A DNA stretch of 63,537 nucleotides, counting the filler, from Folioceros fuciformis (lineage: Eukaryota), in NCBI GenBank assembly GCA_049999805.1. It is 6 parts of 6 records of this genome, joined end to end, with 100 filler letters (N's around TTAATTAATTAA, not from the genome) between each part and the next. Parts side by side here need not be neighbours in the genome. Positions count along the whole stretch, not along the records: positions 47,859 to 61,673 come from JBNGIO010005248.1; positions 61,774 to 63,537 come from JBNGIO010005253.1; 4 more parts are not named here. One strand, written 5' to 3'. Shown one piece after another: positions 50,082-63,115 of this stretch. A program made the translations under genes and the position numbers. Position 1 is the stretch's first letter, and every line of letters starts with the position of its first letter. Under the pieces are notes generated by a model that searched no databases, had not been told where the DNA came from, and saw only the letters and a program-made list of their open reading frames with translations.

Positions 50082-50440
50082 TCTAAGCTCGAATCCAGGC
50101 TTCCCAGCATCGACATATTCAACCTCGAATCAATCCTGTAGCCAAAGCTGGCCAGAAGCTGGCTCTCCACCGGTGCGGGGTGTCGTAGTTCTACGACACC
50201 CCGCATCCACTCTACCAAATCCATCCTCTCTACCATGAACATATTCATCCTCGAATCCATCCTGTAGCCCAGACTAGCCTAACCAGGAGCTGGCTCTCCA
50301 CCGGTGCGGGCTGTCGTAGTAGTTGTAGTAGGACCTACTCCACCAAACCCTTCCTTTCTACCATCAAAAAAACCAATCTCGAATCCATGATGGCCATCAT
50401 CAAAACTCCAATCTCAATCCATCCTGCAGCCCAGGCTGAC
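50082..50440. repeat. Degenerate ~130-bp tandem repeats
   Basis: ctcgaatc.atcctgtagcc...agctggctctccaccggtgcggg..gtcgtagt at ~50122 and ~50250, with partial copies on either side. Confidence 0.65.
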
Positions 50441-52306
50441 CTTGGAAAGCTGAACGCATAGCTCGCCAATCATCTATCGCTCCGCAATTGCTGATGCCCC
50501 CAATGTCAAAGTACCGCACGTCGAAGCCACAGCTGAGCTGACATACACTGCTCCGGGATTGCTACAGTCCTTCCCCATGTCCCTTCAGCCTGTCCAGGCT
50601 CCTGAAATCGGTTCGGTATGGAAGCACTTGGGCCGCAAACGGCAGCCGAGGAATGCCTCCTGCTACAAAGAAATATGTACGACTGATGGCGTGAAACTGA
50701 TAGCAAATTGCAAACAGGCTGGTCTGGACACACATATTGCCTTCCCTGGAAATCGGGTGTGCCAAGGTCGCACACACCCCGGACTTCACAGACACGAAAC
50801 CTAAAAGCCTAAAGGGCAACAATTTCAGACGTTGCGAAATCCGTTGCGCGCAGCACCTTGAACCCGCGGAAGAAACCCCCCGGTGATGAGGATCGTATCT
50901 GATTCAGGCTGTAGTGGATCTTCAGACCAGAATCCCCACATAATCCAGGTGCATGAAACATAAGCCCTGAACTTCGACGCTGACGATGTTCGAAATTGGC
51001 GCCAAAAGGGATGGCCGCCAGTGGTCAGTTTCATCCCCGCATCTGGCCCGCGAATCTGGGTCCGAGATCCAGCCCGACAACTTCCACGAACACCATCTCA
51101 GCACAGGATGGGATGACACGGTTGGTTGCAGGAATGAACGCGGCCGCCACCACCGCCTCTTTCCAACTCAGCATGTACTGTACATACATACATAGCTGCA
51201 GTTTAGCTGGCCCCGCCAAAATAGAGGCACCGCCAAAGTAGAGACACCGCTGAAGAAATAGGAAGCGGAAATACATCAACTGTTCGTGAGTGAAAGGCCA
51301 CCCTGTAAAGTCGTGCACGATTCACACCGTGGCGGGGGCGTGGCAGGAGGGCGCCCCATCTCAATAGGAGGGAATCAGGATTTACACCCTACTCGCTGCC
51401 CAGGCGCACGGAACCTGGGCTAACTCGACCCTCCAGTAACGCAGCTCCCAAGCCTGCGAATGCAGGCAGGGACAACGGCAGTAACATGACTTTGCCTGAA
51501 AGGATCACACCTGACCAGGTGCATGGAACTGGAGCTACTCCAGATTTGGACAGCCCTTGGTTAATGGGTGTAGCTTTCATGCGCCTGCCAGGCCTGATGA
51601 GTCTGGGTAACAGTGGCCAGGTCCTCGGAAGGTTGGGAAAGGATAAGGATTTGGTGTGGCTTTATCGAAGGTGCTAGAGCTGGACGGATAGACAGCATAT
51701 CCGGAGCATCCAGCCTTTGTCACAAGGGATCCAGAGCGAGATACCAAGATATTAATATTTTGCAAGGGGGTGTCGGGTGCGGATAACTTCATACATACTG
51801 TACATATCTACTAATCCCGATCCTAATCCTAATCCTAATCCGAGATCCCGTGCACTAGAGTCGGGAAGATAACGTGTCCATCCCTCACAGTGTTGTGGTC
51901 GACGAGGCCATGAGCTGTCAGTCACAAAAGAAGGTAACGCAACGTGCTGCTGCTGCTCAGAAACCAGGTGCAGGACCCTGGGGCCTCGGCCCAGTTCGCT
52001 GGCCACGTCAAGCACGCGGACTGGAGCTGCCCACACTTGGCTTGCCGGTTCACCACGAGGCACGCTGCCTTTCCCCTATTTAATGGCCTGACTCGCCAAT
52101 CGGTTCAACGTATGTTTGTTTTCGTCTTGTCTCGTATCGCCTCGTCTCTGCTCTTCTCTTCTCTGCTCTCTGTGAACGAGATTTTCTCTTCTGTCACCCC
52201 GCACTACAGGTTCCCTTTCCCCTCAGCGCGTTCCCCTGCCCCGCGCGTTTTCGTGCGACTCGCTCATTCGATCCCGGGGGTGGAGTCGCGGTTTGCGCTG
52301 CGAGAT

Positions 52307-52660
52307 ATGGCCCATTGCAAGGAGGGTGCGCCGTCCGGGGCCCCGGGACGGAACGTGATTGCAGTAAAGAGCTGGAGCAAAGCGCAGCCGGCCGCGGAGG
52401 AGGGCCCTGTGAAGCTCTCCTGCCGCCGGCTCCACGTCAAGGAGACGTTCATGTTTGCACCAGCCTACGCGCATCCGGATGCTAACTCTTCGCCGAAGGC
52501 GAGGACGTTCGAGCTCTGCTTGAGGGACTATGAACCGCACTATGTGATTCCGAAGGTAGTGGAGCAGGAATCGTTCTGGATGTCGTTCGTGAGGGACAGA
52601 TTGCAGTGGTTCAATAGCCTCATGTTCAGATGGAACAGCTCCTATGTCGTGATCCACTGA
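52307..52660 (+). CDS. Hypothetical 117-aa protein
   Basis: GC3-rich ATG ORF, upstream TATTTAA at ~52077 and a candidate 5'-UTR intron (GTATGT ~52110 to CAG 52209). No recognisable domain. Confidence 0.5.
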   Translation: MAHCKEGAPSGAPGRNVIAVKSWSKAQPAAEEGPVKLSCRRLHVKETFMFAPAYAHPDANSSPKARTFELCLRDYEPHYVIPKVVEQESFWMSFVRDRLQWFNSLMFRWNSSYVVIH

Positions 52661-52840
52661 GCGTGGCGGGAGTTAGGCATCGTTCCTGCCTCAAAGCCTT
52701 CTTCCACCAAGCTCGTTCCTCAAGATCTGCGGGTCGTGGTTGTCCATGACAGGCGGATTTCTGGAACTCTAGCACCAATTCACAGGATCATGCTGCTCCG
52801 AGCTTCGAGCGAACATTATTGCGAGCGCGATCCGATAATG

Positions 52841-55343
52841 CTACTCTTCGTCCAGATGTTTCCTATGAGCTTGCGCACAAGCTGTGCTACAGTAAGAGTA
52901 AGAGTACCTTGTGAAAGGCACTTTGCCCGACAAAGATATTCCACAGTAAGAGCAAGGATCCAACGGAGACTGCGCCTGCGAATCTCCACTCCCGCCAGCA
53001 TTATCCAGGCCTGAAGCTCGACGTCTCCTCTCCGCGGCAGCAACTCGCATTTCCCGCTCCCGAGCAACCGCATTCAATAGGGCCTGAAGTACCCCAACCG
53101 AGTTAGACGTTGCCAGAATGATCACCAAGTCCACAAATCTTTTGGACGGCGCTCACCTGTTCATATGCCACTGGCTTTTGAGCAGCAATTCTTTTGTCCT
53201 TCCCAGCTCCATGCCGGACCTCTTTTGTAGCTGCAGCTGCCAACTCTGCGGCTGCCTTCGCCTCAGCCNNNNNNNNNNNNNNNNNNNNNNNNNNNNNNNN
53301 NNNNNNNNNNNNNNNNNNNNNNNNNNNNNNNNNNNNNNNNNNNNNNNNNNNNNNNNNNNNNNNNNNNNCGCCTGCAAAACCATGACCATAGCGCATATTC
53401 AACTACCGAGACCTAGACATTACACAAATACTCTAAACACATTCTGCAGTACCTGCTTCGCAGCCTGAGTAGCTTCCATCTCATCTGTGAGCGGGCTTGG
53501 AACACTGGCCGCATGCCAATCCCACTTATCTGGATACTCGGCCATAAATCTGCGGAAAACATTCCTCGTTTCCTTGTTCGCAGCGAGGGAGTATGGAGTT
53601 CTACCTCTTCCTTCTTTGGCACAAGGGTCGGCCCCTGATCTTAAAAGCTCCAAAACAGAATCTGTATTCCCAGATTTTGCTGCTTCGTGCAGGGCAGATA
53701 GACTGTCATCATTTGCTGTTTCCCGTAATTCCTCATTGTTCCTCGTCTCACTATGCTCTGCTTCTCTTTCAGAAGCTTGTCTGGAATTGTCAGCTCCTGT
53801 GCCAACCTTCAGTGCCACCTTTTTTTTACTCCCAGCTTCAACTTTTTCTGTCTTCGTACCTCCTTCCGAACTACTGGACCCCTTGTATTCCAAAGACGCA
53901 AGCATTTGAAAGACTCTTCTTGCTTCTTTGAAGGTAGGCCTGCGTGTTGTGAAGGGGATAGTCCGTACTCTCCGATCGCTTCTGCTCAGTGCAGCATCCT
54001 CACCACCAAAGAACGACTGACTATCGGACGAAGGAGCATGGACAAATATCATAGACGCTTCTCGAAGATGACTCTTCCATCTGGAAAGCAAATCTTGAAT
54101 GTCCTGCACGACATGAGAGGTGTCACAAATTCGCAAGGTCAGCATCCCAGCAGAGTCACTTCCTGATCGTGCATCAGCATCAGCTGGCCCAGTCAGCATG
54201 AACAAGGGATCCAACTTACCTTCTGCAGAGCCTTTTCATTGTAACGTCGAAGAGAGGCACCGGCAGATTTTGGTGCTCTGCCAGAGGCATCCTTCGTGGA
54301 CTGTCTTCCACCAGCTTTGGATCTCACAACATATCTGCAAACCATTTAATGAAAACGGAGCAGGCTTCCCAAATGTCACACAGGGGCGGCACCCTGTCAT
54401 AGACAGCTCCTACAAGATTGGAGGAACTACCTGTGAAAAGTCTGATGCGCAACAACTTCTCCACTTACAATGTTCGCCACTACACCAGCAAAATGCCCTC
54501 CGTTGGCAAGCAGAACCACCCAAACTTGTTGAGGCTGAGGGCCCTTCAGAACTCTCAACCTCCGTTCAAGCTCTCCATCAGAAACCGACAGCCCATCCGG
54601 ATCGTCATCTGCATACCCTTTTTCTCCTTGCAGAACCTCCTTCTCTGTGACCAGCACAGCACGCCACACAGACACCACTTGCCCTGAATTTTGCAGCAAG
54701 AACGAAATGTGGACTCTCCTGCTAACACCCACCCTAGGTTTCCTTTCACCCTCATCATCCTCAGAGTCATCGGCGTCAGACCCTGAAATGCTGGACATAT
54801 CATCGTTGGCACGCTGATGTTCGTTCTGCGCAAAAATCTCGAATTCCTCCTCACTTAACCCCGCTTTCCCATGTCCCTTCCGCTTGACCTGCAGAACAAC
54901 AAAAAATTCAAGCACATGCACACATGCGCTCCATCATGCCGACACTGGACACTGAGCTCCACAGAGCGACTTACGTTAAGCCGATGGAAATCAGACTTGA
55001 AATGGGACCTCTGCTGATCCAGACCCAAGAAAACGGAGTCGCAAGTCATACATGTCCAACGGTTCATCCCGTCCCCCTGCTCGGCTTCCCCCGACTCCAT
55101 CCTCGCCCCAGCAACGTCCACGACGCCAATCTTCTGCTCCTGAGCTGCCGCCGCGTTTTGCTCATCATCTTGATCCACCTGCTGCTCCTGCTCCTGCTCA
55201 GTGGGTGCTATTCCAGATGCTGCACCTCCTAATTCGGGAGACAGACTGTCCTCGCAATGTATCACCGCAGAATCGAAGAAATCATGGCTCACGGTGCATA
55301 CATCGTTGGACCTGGCAAGGTGATGCTGTGCATTGCGCCCCAT
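52841..55343 (-). CDS. VMS1: Vms1/ANKZF1 ribosome-quality-control peptidyl-tRNA release factor
   Basis: Exons 55343-54975, 54888-54431, 54334-54220, 54103-53453, 53371-53157 (gap inside), 53083-52841. C2H2 zinc finger (CMTC..QRSHFKSDFHRLN), VLRF1 domain (GGHFAG..HQTFHRYVVRSKAGGRQS..SAGASLRRYNE), ankyrin repeats and C-terminal CSYCG..YCSTACAQAH. Confidence 0.93.
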
Positions 55344-55683
55344 CACGCTCTCGCAACAAACCTGTGCCGCTTGCAAGCACCTAAATTGGACGCAGTGGAT
55401 GCTGTGGAGCACCTCTCGGCAAAGCCCCTAGAAATGCATTCCATAAGGCGCGCAACAACTAGATCCCGAATAAGTATGTACCTTTACGCGATTCAGAATT
55501 TACAGCTATACAGGGTATAATGAAATCGATATTTTAACAGCGGAACCGAAAACCTACACACGTATGTACTTAGTTTCCGGTTGACCTAGTGCCGAATAAC
55601 AGTCCTCGTCCTCTCCCCTACTTCGTGTCGGACGCTATCAGAGCCAAGCGCCGCGGAATCGAGCAAGGGCCGCACCGTCCGCG

Positions 55684-56452
<769 letters not shown>

Positions 56453-57120
56453 TTACAGCGAGCGTAGCGAGTATGTCCCTGAGAAAGTTGTGGACGAGCA
56501 ATTATGGGCACCTCTTGTGATGACTGTCAACATTTTGACACCGTTTTTTGAAAGGAGGAAAGCTGTCTTTTAGCTTCGATTTGTGCAAGTGCACACCTGT
56601 TGTGCCTATAATTTCAAACTCCGATGTCTTGATCCGCAAAACACGTATGATGGGACATGGATATGTGCTGAAGTCGGAAACGAGAACGCTCCTCCCCGCC
56701 GGAGGCCAAGGGCTGAAGGCCGAAACGAGTCTGTCTGACTGCTCTCATGAACTCGCGTACGAATTGGATCGGAATCTGTCGTCGATGGGATGGGCGCCTC
56801 GAGGTGGCCACCACGGAGGCTAAAGAGCTGCAGAACCACAGGTGAACGAGCCTGTGTACGATTTACCAGTTAAAAGCAAGACAGAGTCATTCAACCTTGC
56901 ATGCATAACTCCTACATAAACTTCAAGAAGAGTGGTACGGTCAATGTCTATTTATCAGAATATTTAGTATACATCCTTGTAAAAGTTCACTAAAACATAT
57001 CATATGTAGATTAACTTAATTTTAATTATATCACTTATTATTTATATTTATATTTATTTATATATTTATTTATATACATTACTACAATACATATATACAT
57101 TACTAAAATTTAATTATATT

Positions 57121-58838
57121 TTAATCTTCAGAGACAAATATGATTTGTCCAGGTTGAGACCAATGGCAAACGCTCAATGCCCCGGGCTTGCCATTCAATA
57201 TCCTCAAGGCTACATGTTTTGGGTTCCACTTACTTGTATCTGTGTGACATACTGCAATATTGGTGATGGTAAATCCAGGTTTCGTTGTAGACTCTAATGT
57301 GACGGCATACAACTTGTCCGTAGAACTAGAATGACAAAATGCCGTCAAAAATGGGAAGACTGCAGGATGACAAATTCCATGCTTGGATCCCACCCCAGCC
57401 TTGAGTTCCACCTTTGTTACTTTGAATGCACCTTTGCTGATGAGTTTGTCATTAGCTTCAAGAGTTGTGCTTACTAGTGGTGTAATAGCATTTGCATTCG
57501 TTGGGTTTGATAACACGAGGCCAAAAAAGTCAGCCATATCTTCCAGTGATGAGATGCATCCCTTGAACTCTCCTTGATTTTTGGACGTTCTATGATGTTG
57601 GCAAAGTTGTGCAGTTGTTTTCATAGACTTGGCCATGTAGGACTTGGTGGGGATGTGGAATTCCTCTAGAAAGTGAGGAACATTTTTCTCTTCAACAGAT
57701 CCAAAGGCTTGAACCAAGGCACGAGGAAGGAATGTCTTTGGATAAGCACTTTGCTTCAAGGAAGAAAACCTCCACGCCGGTACTTCATGTATGTTGTATA
57801 TGCCAGTGGAAGTAACCAAATCAGATTCACGAAACCAAAAGGATCGTGCTGCTTCATCTTTCACATTATCACGAGCTTCCTTCTTGGATGAACTTGTATG
57901 GACATCCATGTTGTTCATTTCCATGATGTTCATATCATTCATTTCCATGATGTTCATGTCATTCATTTCCATGACATTCATGTCATTCATTTCCATAGGG
58001 TTCATATCATTCATTTCCATGACGTTCATGTCATTCATTTCCATGATATCTTGCTCATTGGCTACCTTGATGTTACCATTGTCCATCTCCATGAGCTCAT
58101 TGTTGCTCATTTGTAACTCATCTCCTTGATTCATTTCCATGACATCCATCCCCATGTCCATACCCATGAAGTTGATGTCTTGGAACATGTTCATATTCAT
58201 CATATCATTCATATCCATATCCATCATCATGAACATAAACATCATCATATCCATGTCCATATTCATCATGAATTCCATCATTTCCAAAGGCATCATATCC
58301 GGTCCCATATCTGACATCAACATCATCATCATGAAATTACTCTCCGTAATTTGGGCACTTGGAACATTCATATTGTCCAACTTGTTGTTGCACATGGAGT
58401 TGGTCAATGAGCAAAACTGAGCGGCAACTGTTTTATCACGCAACAAAGCCTTGTTCTCAATCAAGTTCTTGAAGTCTTGAACTTGGGTTTCACTTAAGTG
58501 TGATGCCAAGTATTCCCAAGCTTGTGGAATATTGGTACTCATTTTCTCCCTCCAGTAGCTTAATACAGTTGGGTTGATACTGCTAGTTCGCACATCCAAA
58601 AGCCTTCTAGCAGTGTATGGTTGAGTCTTGATGGAAAGACATTGAATTGTGAAAGTAGCCTAGACAATGAAGAGACAAACAAGTTCAAGCTTTCTTGAAC
58701 AACATAGAAAAACACATAGCACAAAATGAAGGAGATTTACACACATCCATAAACCAAACACATCACACTAAACATGACACAACTTCTACTCACCAAAATC
58801 AACAAAAGCATGAAAAATTGTCCTCCAATGGTGGCCAT
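57121..58838 (-). CDS. Secreted BURP-domain protein with a Met-rich repetitive region
   Basis: Exons 58838-58794 and 58659-57121 (527 aa). Signal-peptide-like MATIGGQFFMLLLILATFTIQCLS. BURP domain FWFRESDL..FLPR..GEFKGCISSLEDMADF..CH-x10-CH..CHTDTSKWNPKH..VCHW. Confidence 0.92.
57901..58044 (-). repeat. 24-bp coding minisatellite encoding MEMN(D/N)M(N/D)(V/P/I) x6
   Basis: attcatttccatga..ttcat.tc units visible directly. Confidence 0.92.
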
Positions 58839-61152
58839 GATTCGTGGGATGAAAAGTAACTGTCAATACATAATCATTCTAACATTAGATAGGGAGCACA
58901 CAATATCAAACCTTGTAAACCACTGAGAGAGTGAATTAAATATAAATCAATAGAAGCACACATCTAATTGTACATAACATTGCTAAAACATTCTAAACAT
59001 CAAAGAACCAGTAGGCAAGATTGTGTACCAGTGAGTGAGAAAGTGACAAGCTTTGAAGAATGAAAGCACAAGTTCTCAATCTAAAAGTCTTAAGCTCAAA
59101 GAAGATTTGAACTGGGATGCTTGTCTAATGCAGAGACGTTCTCGTTATAATGGTTGACAATCAAACAAGACAAATGCTTATGACAACATCAAGTCGTTGG
59201 CAATTCAACCAAAAAATGGATCTCACAACATATTCTACAATACGCATGGTGTTAAAGTTCAGATGACACATGTTATTGTGCTATATGAGCTTATGAGAAC
59301 ATCATGCTCATCATAGCATTCATACTTTACAAAAATCTGAATAATAAACTAAATTAAATTATAATAATAGTAATATAAAATAAATAATTATATAAAATAA
59401 TATTTTACAGATATTTTTCAGGAAAAAATTTTCTTGGTAGTTGAACATAAAATGTTAATAGTGTGATGATGACTCAAGCTTATGAAAAACTAACACGTGA
59501 TTCGTGAATCTGGGCACATGGACATATCATAGTTGACTTTACTTCTGATAGTTGACTTTAATTTTAAAAATTATTTCAGGTTACGTTACCATGGAAAATT
59601 ATTGAAGCACATATGTCAACTATTTATCATAATGGTTGACTTGTGAGATTTATATTATTTTTAATAAATAAGATAAAGTATTTTACTTTTTGGATTTTCA
59701 ATAGATACAAAACGACTTACCAGAAGTGCACTCTAGACCTTTCTAAGAATATTTCAACCCCAATAATTGAAGATTGCTTGTACCTATAGTATTTCCCAAA
59801 AGATGGTAACGTTACGTCTTCGATTTCACAATGGCTTAACCCCAAGACCTTTTCAATTTTTAAGGTTAAGACAAATTATGAAAGCATGAGATATTTAGGA
59901 GGAAGATCAACAGAATTAATATTATATAATATTTAATTTAAAATTAGTATGAATTATGGTATTATTGTGTGTGGAGTGTATGGATTAATACGGAAATCAC
60001 ATAAAAATTGATTTGTATCAAATTATTAAACGAAGAAATAAAGACATCATGAAGGAAAAGGATAGTTGAATCCGTCGCCCTTAAGACAAAGGGAACAAGT
60101 TTTGGAGGAGGAGATCAAAGGTTGAAGGACTAAACATTGATGCTGCCTATCTTAGAACTACTTTTAGTGCCTAGGATATGAAAGTAGAGATTTAGTCAAA
60201 TTATAAGAGTTAAATTACATTGGGTAGTTTTTTTAGAATGATGTTCGAAAGGGGTTGTTCCTCTAATCTTTGGAGTAGATGGGACTTTCCATCTCTTCTT
60301 CCATAATAAAAGATTTTTCTTTTTTTTTTTCCATAAGCAAGTTAAAAATTGGAAACATCAATTCAACATGAAGTCATATATATTCATTTAAAAACTAACA
60401 ATTTCCATTATTCTTGACTACCTTTACTTTAGGCACCCCCATCTAAGTGCTAATCCAATCTGATTGAGGTGTAGGATGCTAAAACATAATTATATTAATT
60501 CATCATAAGATAAAAATCTACATTTGTTCTGCCTTCCTTGTGACCGTATGTTTTTACACCATTTTTCCATTATTTACCTTGTTATTATGTAATCCTGTTA
60601 TTATGTCAAGACATCCTTGATCAGACTTGGACGTTAATTACATCAATAAAGCTTGACTTCCTGTTTACCTTCTCGTCGACTTCACATAACGGGGATAGAT
60701 TTCCAGTTTTGTTGGCAAAAGGCGAAGGAAGGAATAGAAGTTACAAGTGCAACCGCACTGGGTTGGTTGATGGTTGTACGGCGAGGAACGGAATCGATCG
60801 CCGACTTGGGCCTCGATGCGACATCACGGGCCATCAAGAGACTATGAGAGCAGCGCAGCCAGGGAGTGAGGGGGCAAAGGAGTGCACTAGTGTACGATTA
60901 CCAGACGGCCTTAATGGCGACAGGTATTGACGTTCAGGCCGTTCCTTCAACAACCAGCTCCGCCATCTCCAGCGACTCCACCAGAACGCAACTCCAACTA
61001 GAAAAATACATTACTGCTTACCAGATCATTAAACTAAGCCTCCACTCTCTCGCTTCTGCGTGCGGTTCTTATCAGCAGCTGCTTGGGACTTGTCGTCAAT
61101 GGGAGCTTCAGAATCGTGTCTGGGAAGGTCCTGACAGGAGCCTGAGAATACG

Positions 61153-61608
61153 ATGAAGCCCCGGACTGATGTGCAGCTGGTGGTGGAGCACAAGAACGGC
61201 ACGGTCGTGGGCACCACGGCTATCGTGGTGGATCGAGATTCTCCAGATGTATTGTCGGAGCTGCGGTGCAGGTTGATACACAGCATGCCAGACCTGGTGC
61301 CGCACGATCTTCGCACGCGGGTGGGGGTTGACGAGAGTTCCGTGAAGGTGGAGTACAAAGACCGGAGTGGACGGNNNNNNNNNNNNNNNNNNNNNNNNNN
61401 NNNNNNNNNNNNNNNNNNNNNNNNNNNNNNNNNNNNNNNNNNNNNNNNNNNNNNNNNNNNNNNNNNNNNNNNNNTGGCTCACATCCGAATACGTGGAGGG
61501 GAGTCGCGTGTGGGAGCGACTCGGGAACCGGTGCTGAGAATTACGGTCGATGGCAACACCTGGAAAGAGCGGACAGTGCTGCAGGCGGCCGGGGGGGAGA
61601 GCAGATGA
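61153..61608 (+). CDS. Hypothetical protein, possibly PB1/ubiquitin-like fold (contains an assembly gap)
   Basis: GC3-rich ORF after a candidate 5'-UTR intron (donor GTATTG ~60923, acceptor 61137). VKVEYKDRSG weakly recalls the PB1 Y.D..GD motif. Confidence 0.4.
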   Translation: MKPRTDVQLVVEHKNGTVVGTTAIVVDRDSPDVLSELRCRLIHSMPDLVPHDLRTRVGVDESSVKVEYKDRSGRXXXXXXXXXXXXXXXXXXXXXXXXXXXXXXXXXXAHIRIRGGESRVGATREPVLRITVDGNTWKERTVLQAAGGESR

Positions 61609-61673
61609 CGTCTCGGTGCGCCAAGGTTACGTCTCGATCTGGAAGCTCCCACTCTACGGGAGCAACGCCGGGG

Positions 61674-61773
61674 NNNNNNNNNNNNNNNNNNNNNNNNNNN
61701 NNNNNNNNNNNNNNNNNTTAATTAATTAANNNNNNNNNNNNNNNNNNNNNNNNNNNNNNNNNNNNNNNNNNNN
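61674..61773. other. Artificial scaffold linker
   Basis: TTAATTAATTAA at 61718-61729. Confidence 0.95.
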
Positions 61774-61857
61774 AGGCAGCCCCAGCAAGTCGCTCAGCAT
61801 TTGACGCACTTAAGCCTCGGGTTTGGGGTTTGAGGGTGTGGAAGTCAAACTTCAGAA

Positions 61858-62183
61858 GGACATAACGGCCGCAATTCTGCTTGTCTGCCTTAGATCTACA
61901 TACCAACAGATTTGTCTTGTAGAGGCAAACATTTTGGTATGTTTTGCGCTTACTTTTGAGCTGATTCCAGAGACTGATCTTAGATTTTCAGTGTGGATCA
62001 GATCACTGCAAGAGGAGGACATAACGGCCGCAATTCTGCTTGGCTCCCTTTGATCTACATACCAACAGATTTGTCTTGTAGAGGCAAACATTTTGGTATG
62101 CTTTGTGCTCACTTTTAAGCTGATTCCAGGGACTGATCTTAGATTTTCATTGCGGATCAGATCACTGCAGGAAGAGGGACATG
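61858..62183. repeat. ~159-bp tandem duplication
   Basis: ggacataacggccgcaattctgcttg...gatcagatcactgca starts at 61858 and 62017. Confidence 0.9.
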
Positions 62184-63115
62184 GCTGATCATGGATGCCT
62201 TGGGGAGGGGTAGATTTCTTGTTCCCTCATGACTCCAAGAAAGTTGTGTTTCTTTGCTTTATGATCACAGCTACATCTGCCCAGCAAGCCTAGGGAATTG
62301 AGATTTTCCAGGGGTAGGATTTTCCCAAACTAGGATTATCTGGATAGGGAGTAGCTAAGCTTTGCTCACACTCATTCAGACTGTGGGGGGCAGCTGTAAG
62401 CTGCGACCAGACGCGGCATGAAGGGAGGCCACCATCGGATATTTGGGAGGAGCTAACCCTCATTTCTTGGTGACATTTTGTCGAGAGGCACGTGTGGTTT
62501 GTTGGAACCACATGTTTAGGGGCTTGTTTTGCCTTTGAGAACAGGGGCTTGATTTGGGGGCCAGCAACAGCCAGTAGAAGCCTGAAGGTACTATGGGTAC
62601 AGCTGAAGCAGTGTGTGGCGTCCCAGCGAGAGTCACTTCCCCGGGCCCGGTGTTGTCAATTGCAGCACAGCACCTCACTGTTTTTGCCAAGCACCAGCTG
62701 TAGGTGTAACAGGGGTGCATGGGGTATGCAACCAGATCAGTAAGAGGCTATCCTACGTTACCAATTGAGGAGTCGAGACATTCCTATTAGGGCATCACCG
62801 GAGTGTGCACAGCGGAGAAGATGGGCAACTCGACGACGCCAACTTGCAAGTGAAGAAGACTTGAGAGAGGACTTGGAACCAGCAACATCCGTTGGGCAAC
62901 TCAGCTGGTCACCCCTCTTAGACTTGGGCAAGATTGTTGTGCCAACTAGCTCAAATTTAGGGGGTCAGCTAGTTTGTCACGAGGAACCTGAACAACAAGG
63001 GTCTCTCTATTCACAGCAGTCATTTGTGAGGTCACAGCAAACACATCCGGGGTTTGCTGGGTCTGTCCTTGGTGTAGGGTAAGGCAAGGGTGACCTGTGT
63101 GAAGGGTTAGACACC

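Noticed and set aside
50559-50804. WRKY-like WKHLGRK ORF
   Set aside because: No WRKYGQK and no proper C2H2/C2HC spacing.
51389-51580. LRR N-terminal cap-like PCTWSGV on the minus strand
   Set aside because: The second Cys is missing and no LRR repeats follow; too short to call.
57791-58420. His-rich and Ile/Ser/Met-rich + strand ORFs
   Set aside because: Antisense shadows of the ATG-rich BURP repeat.
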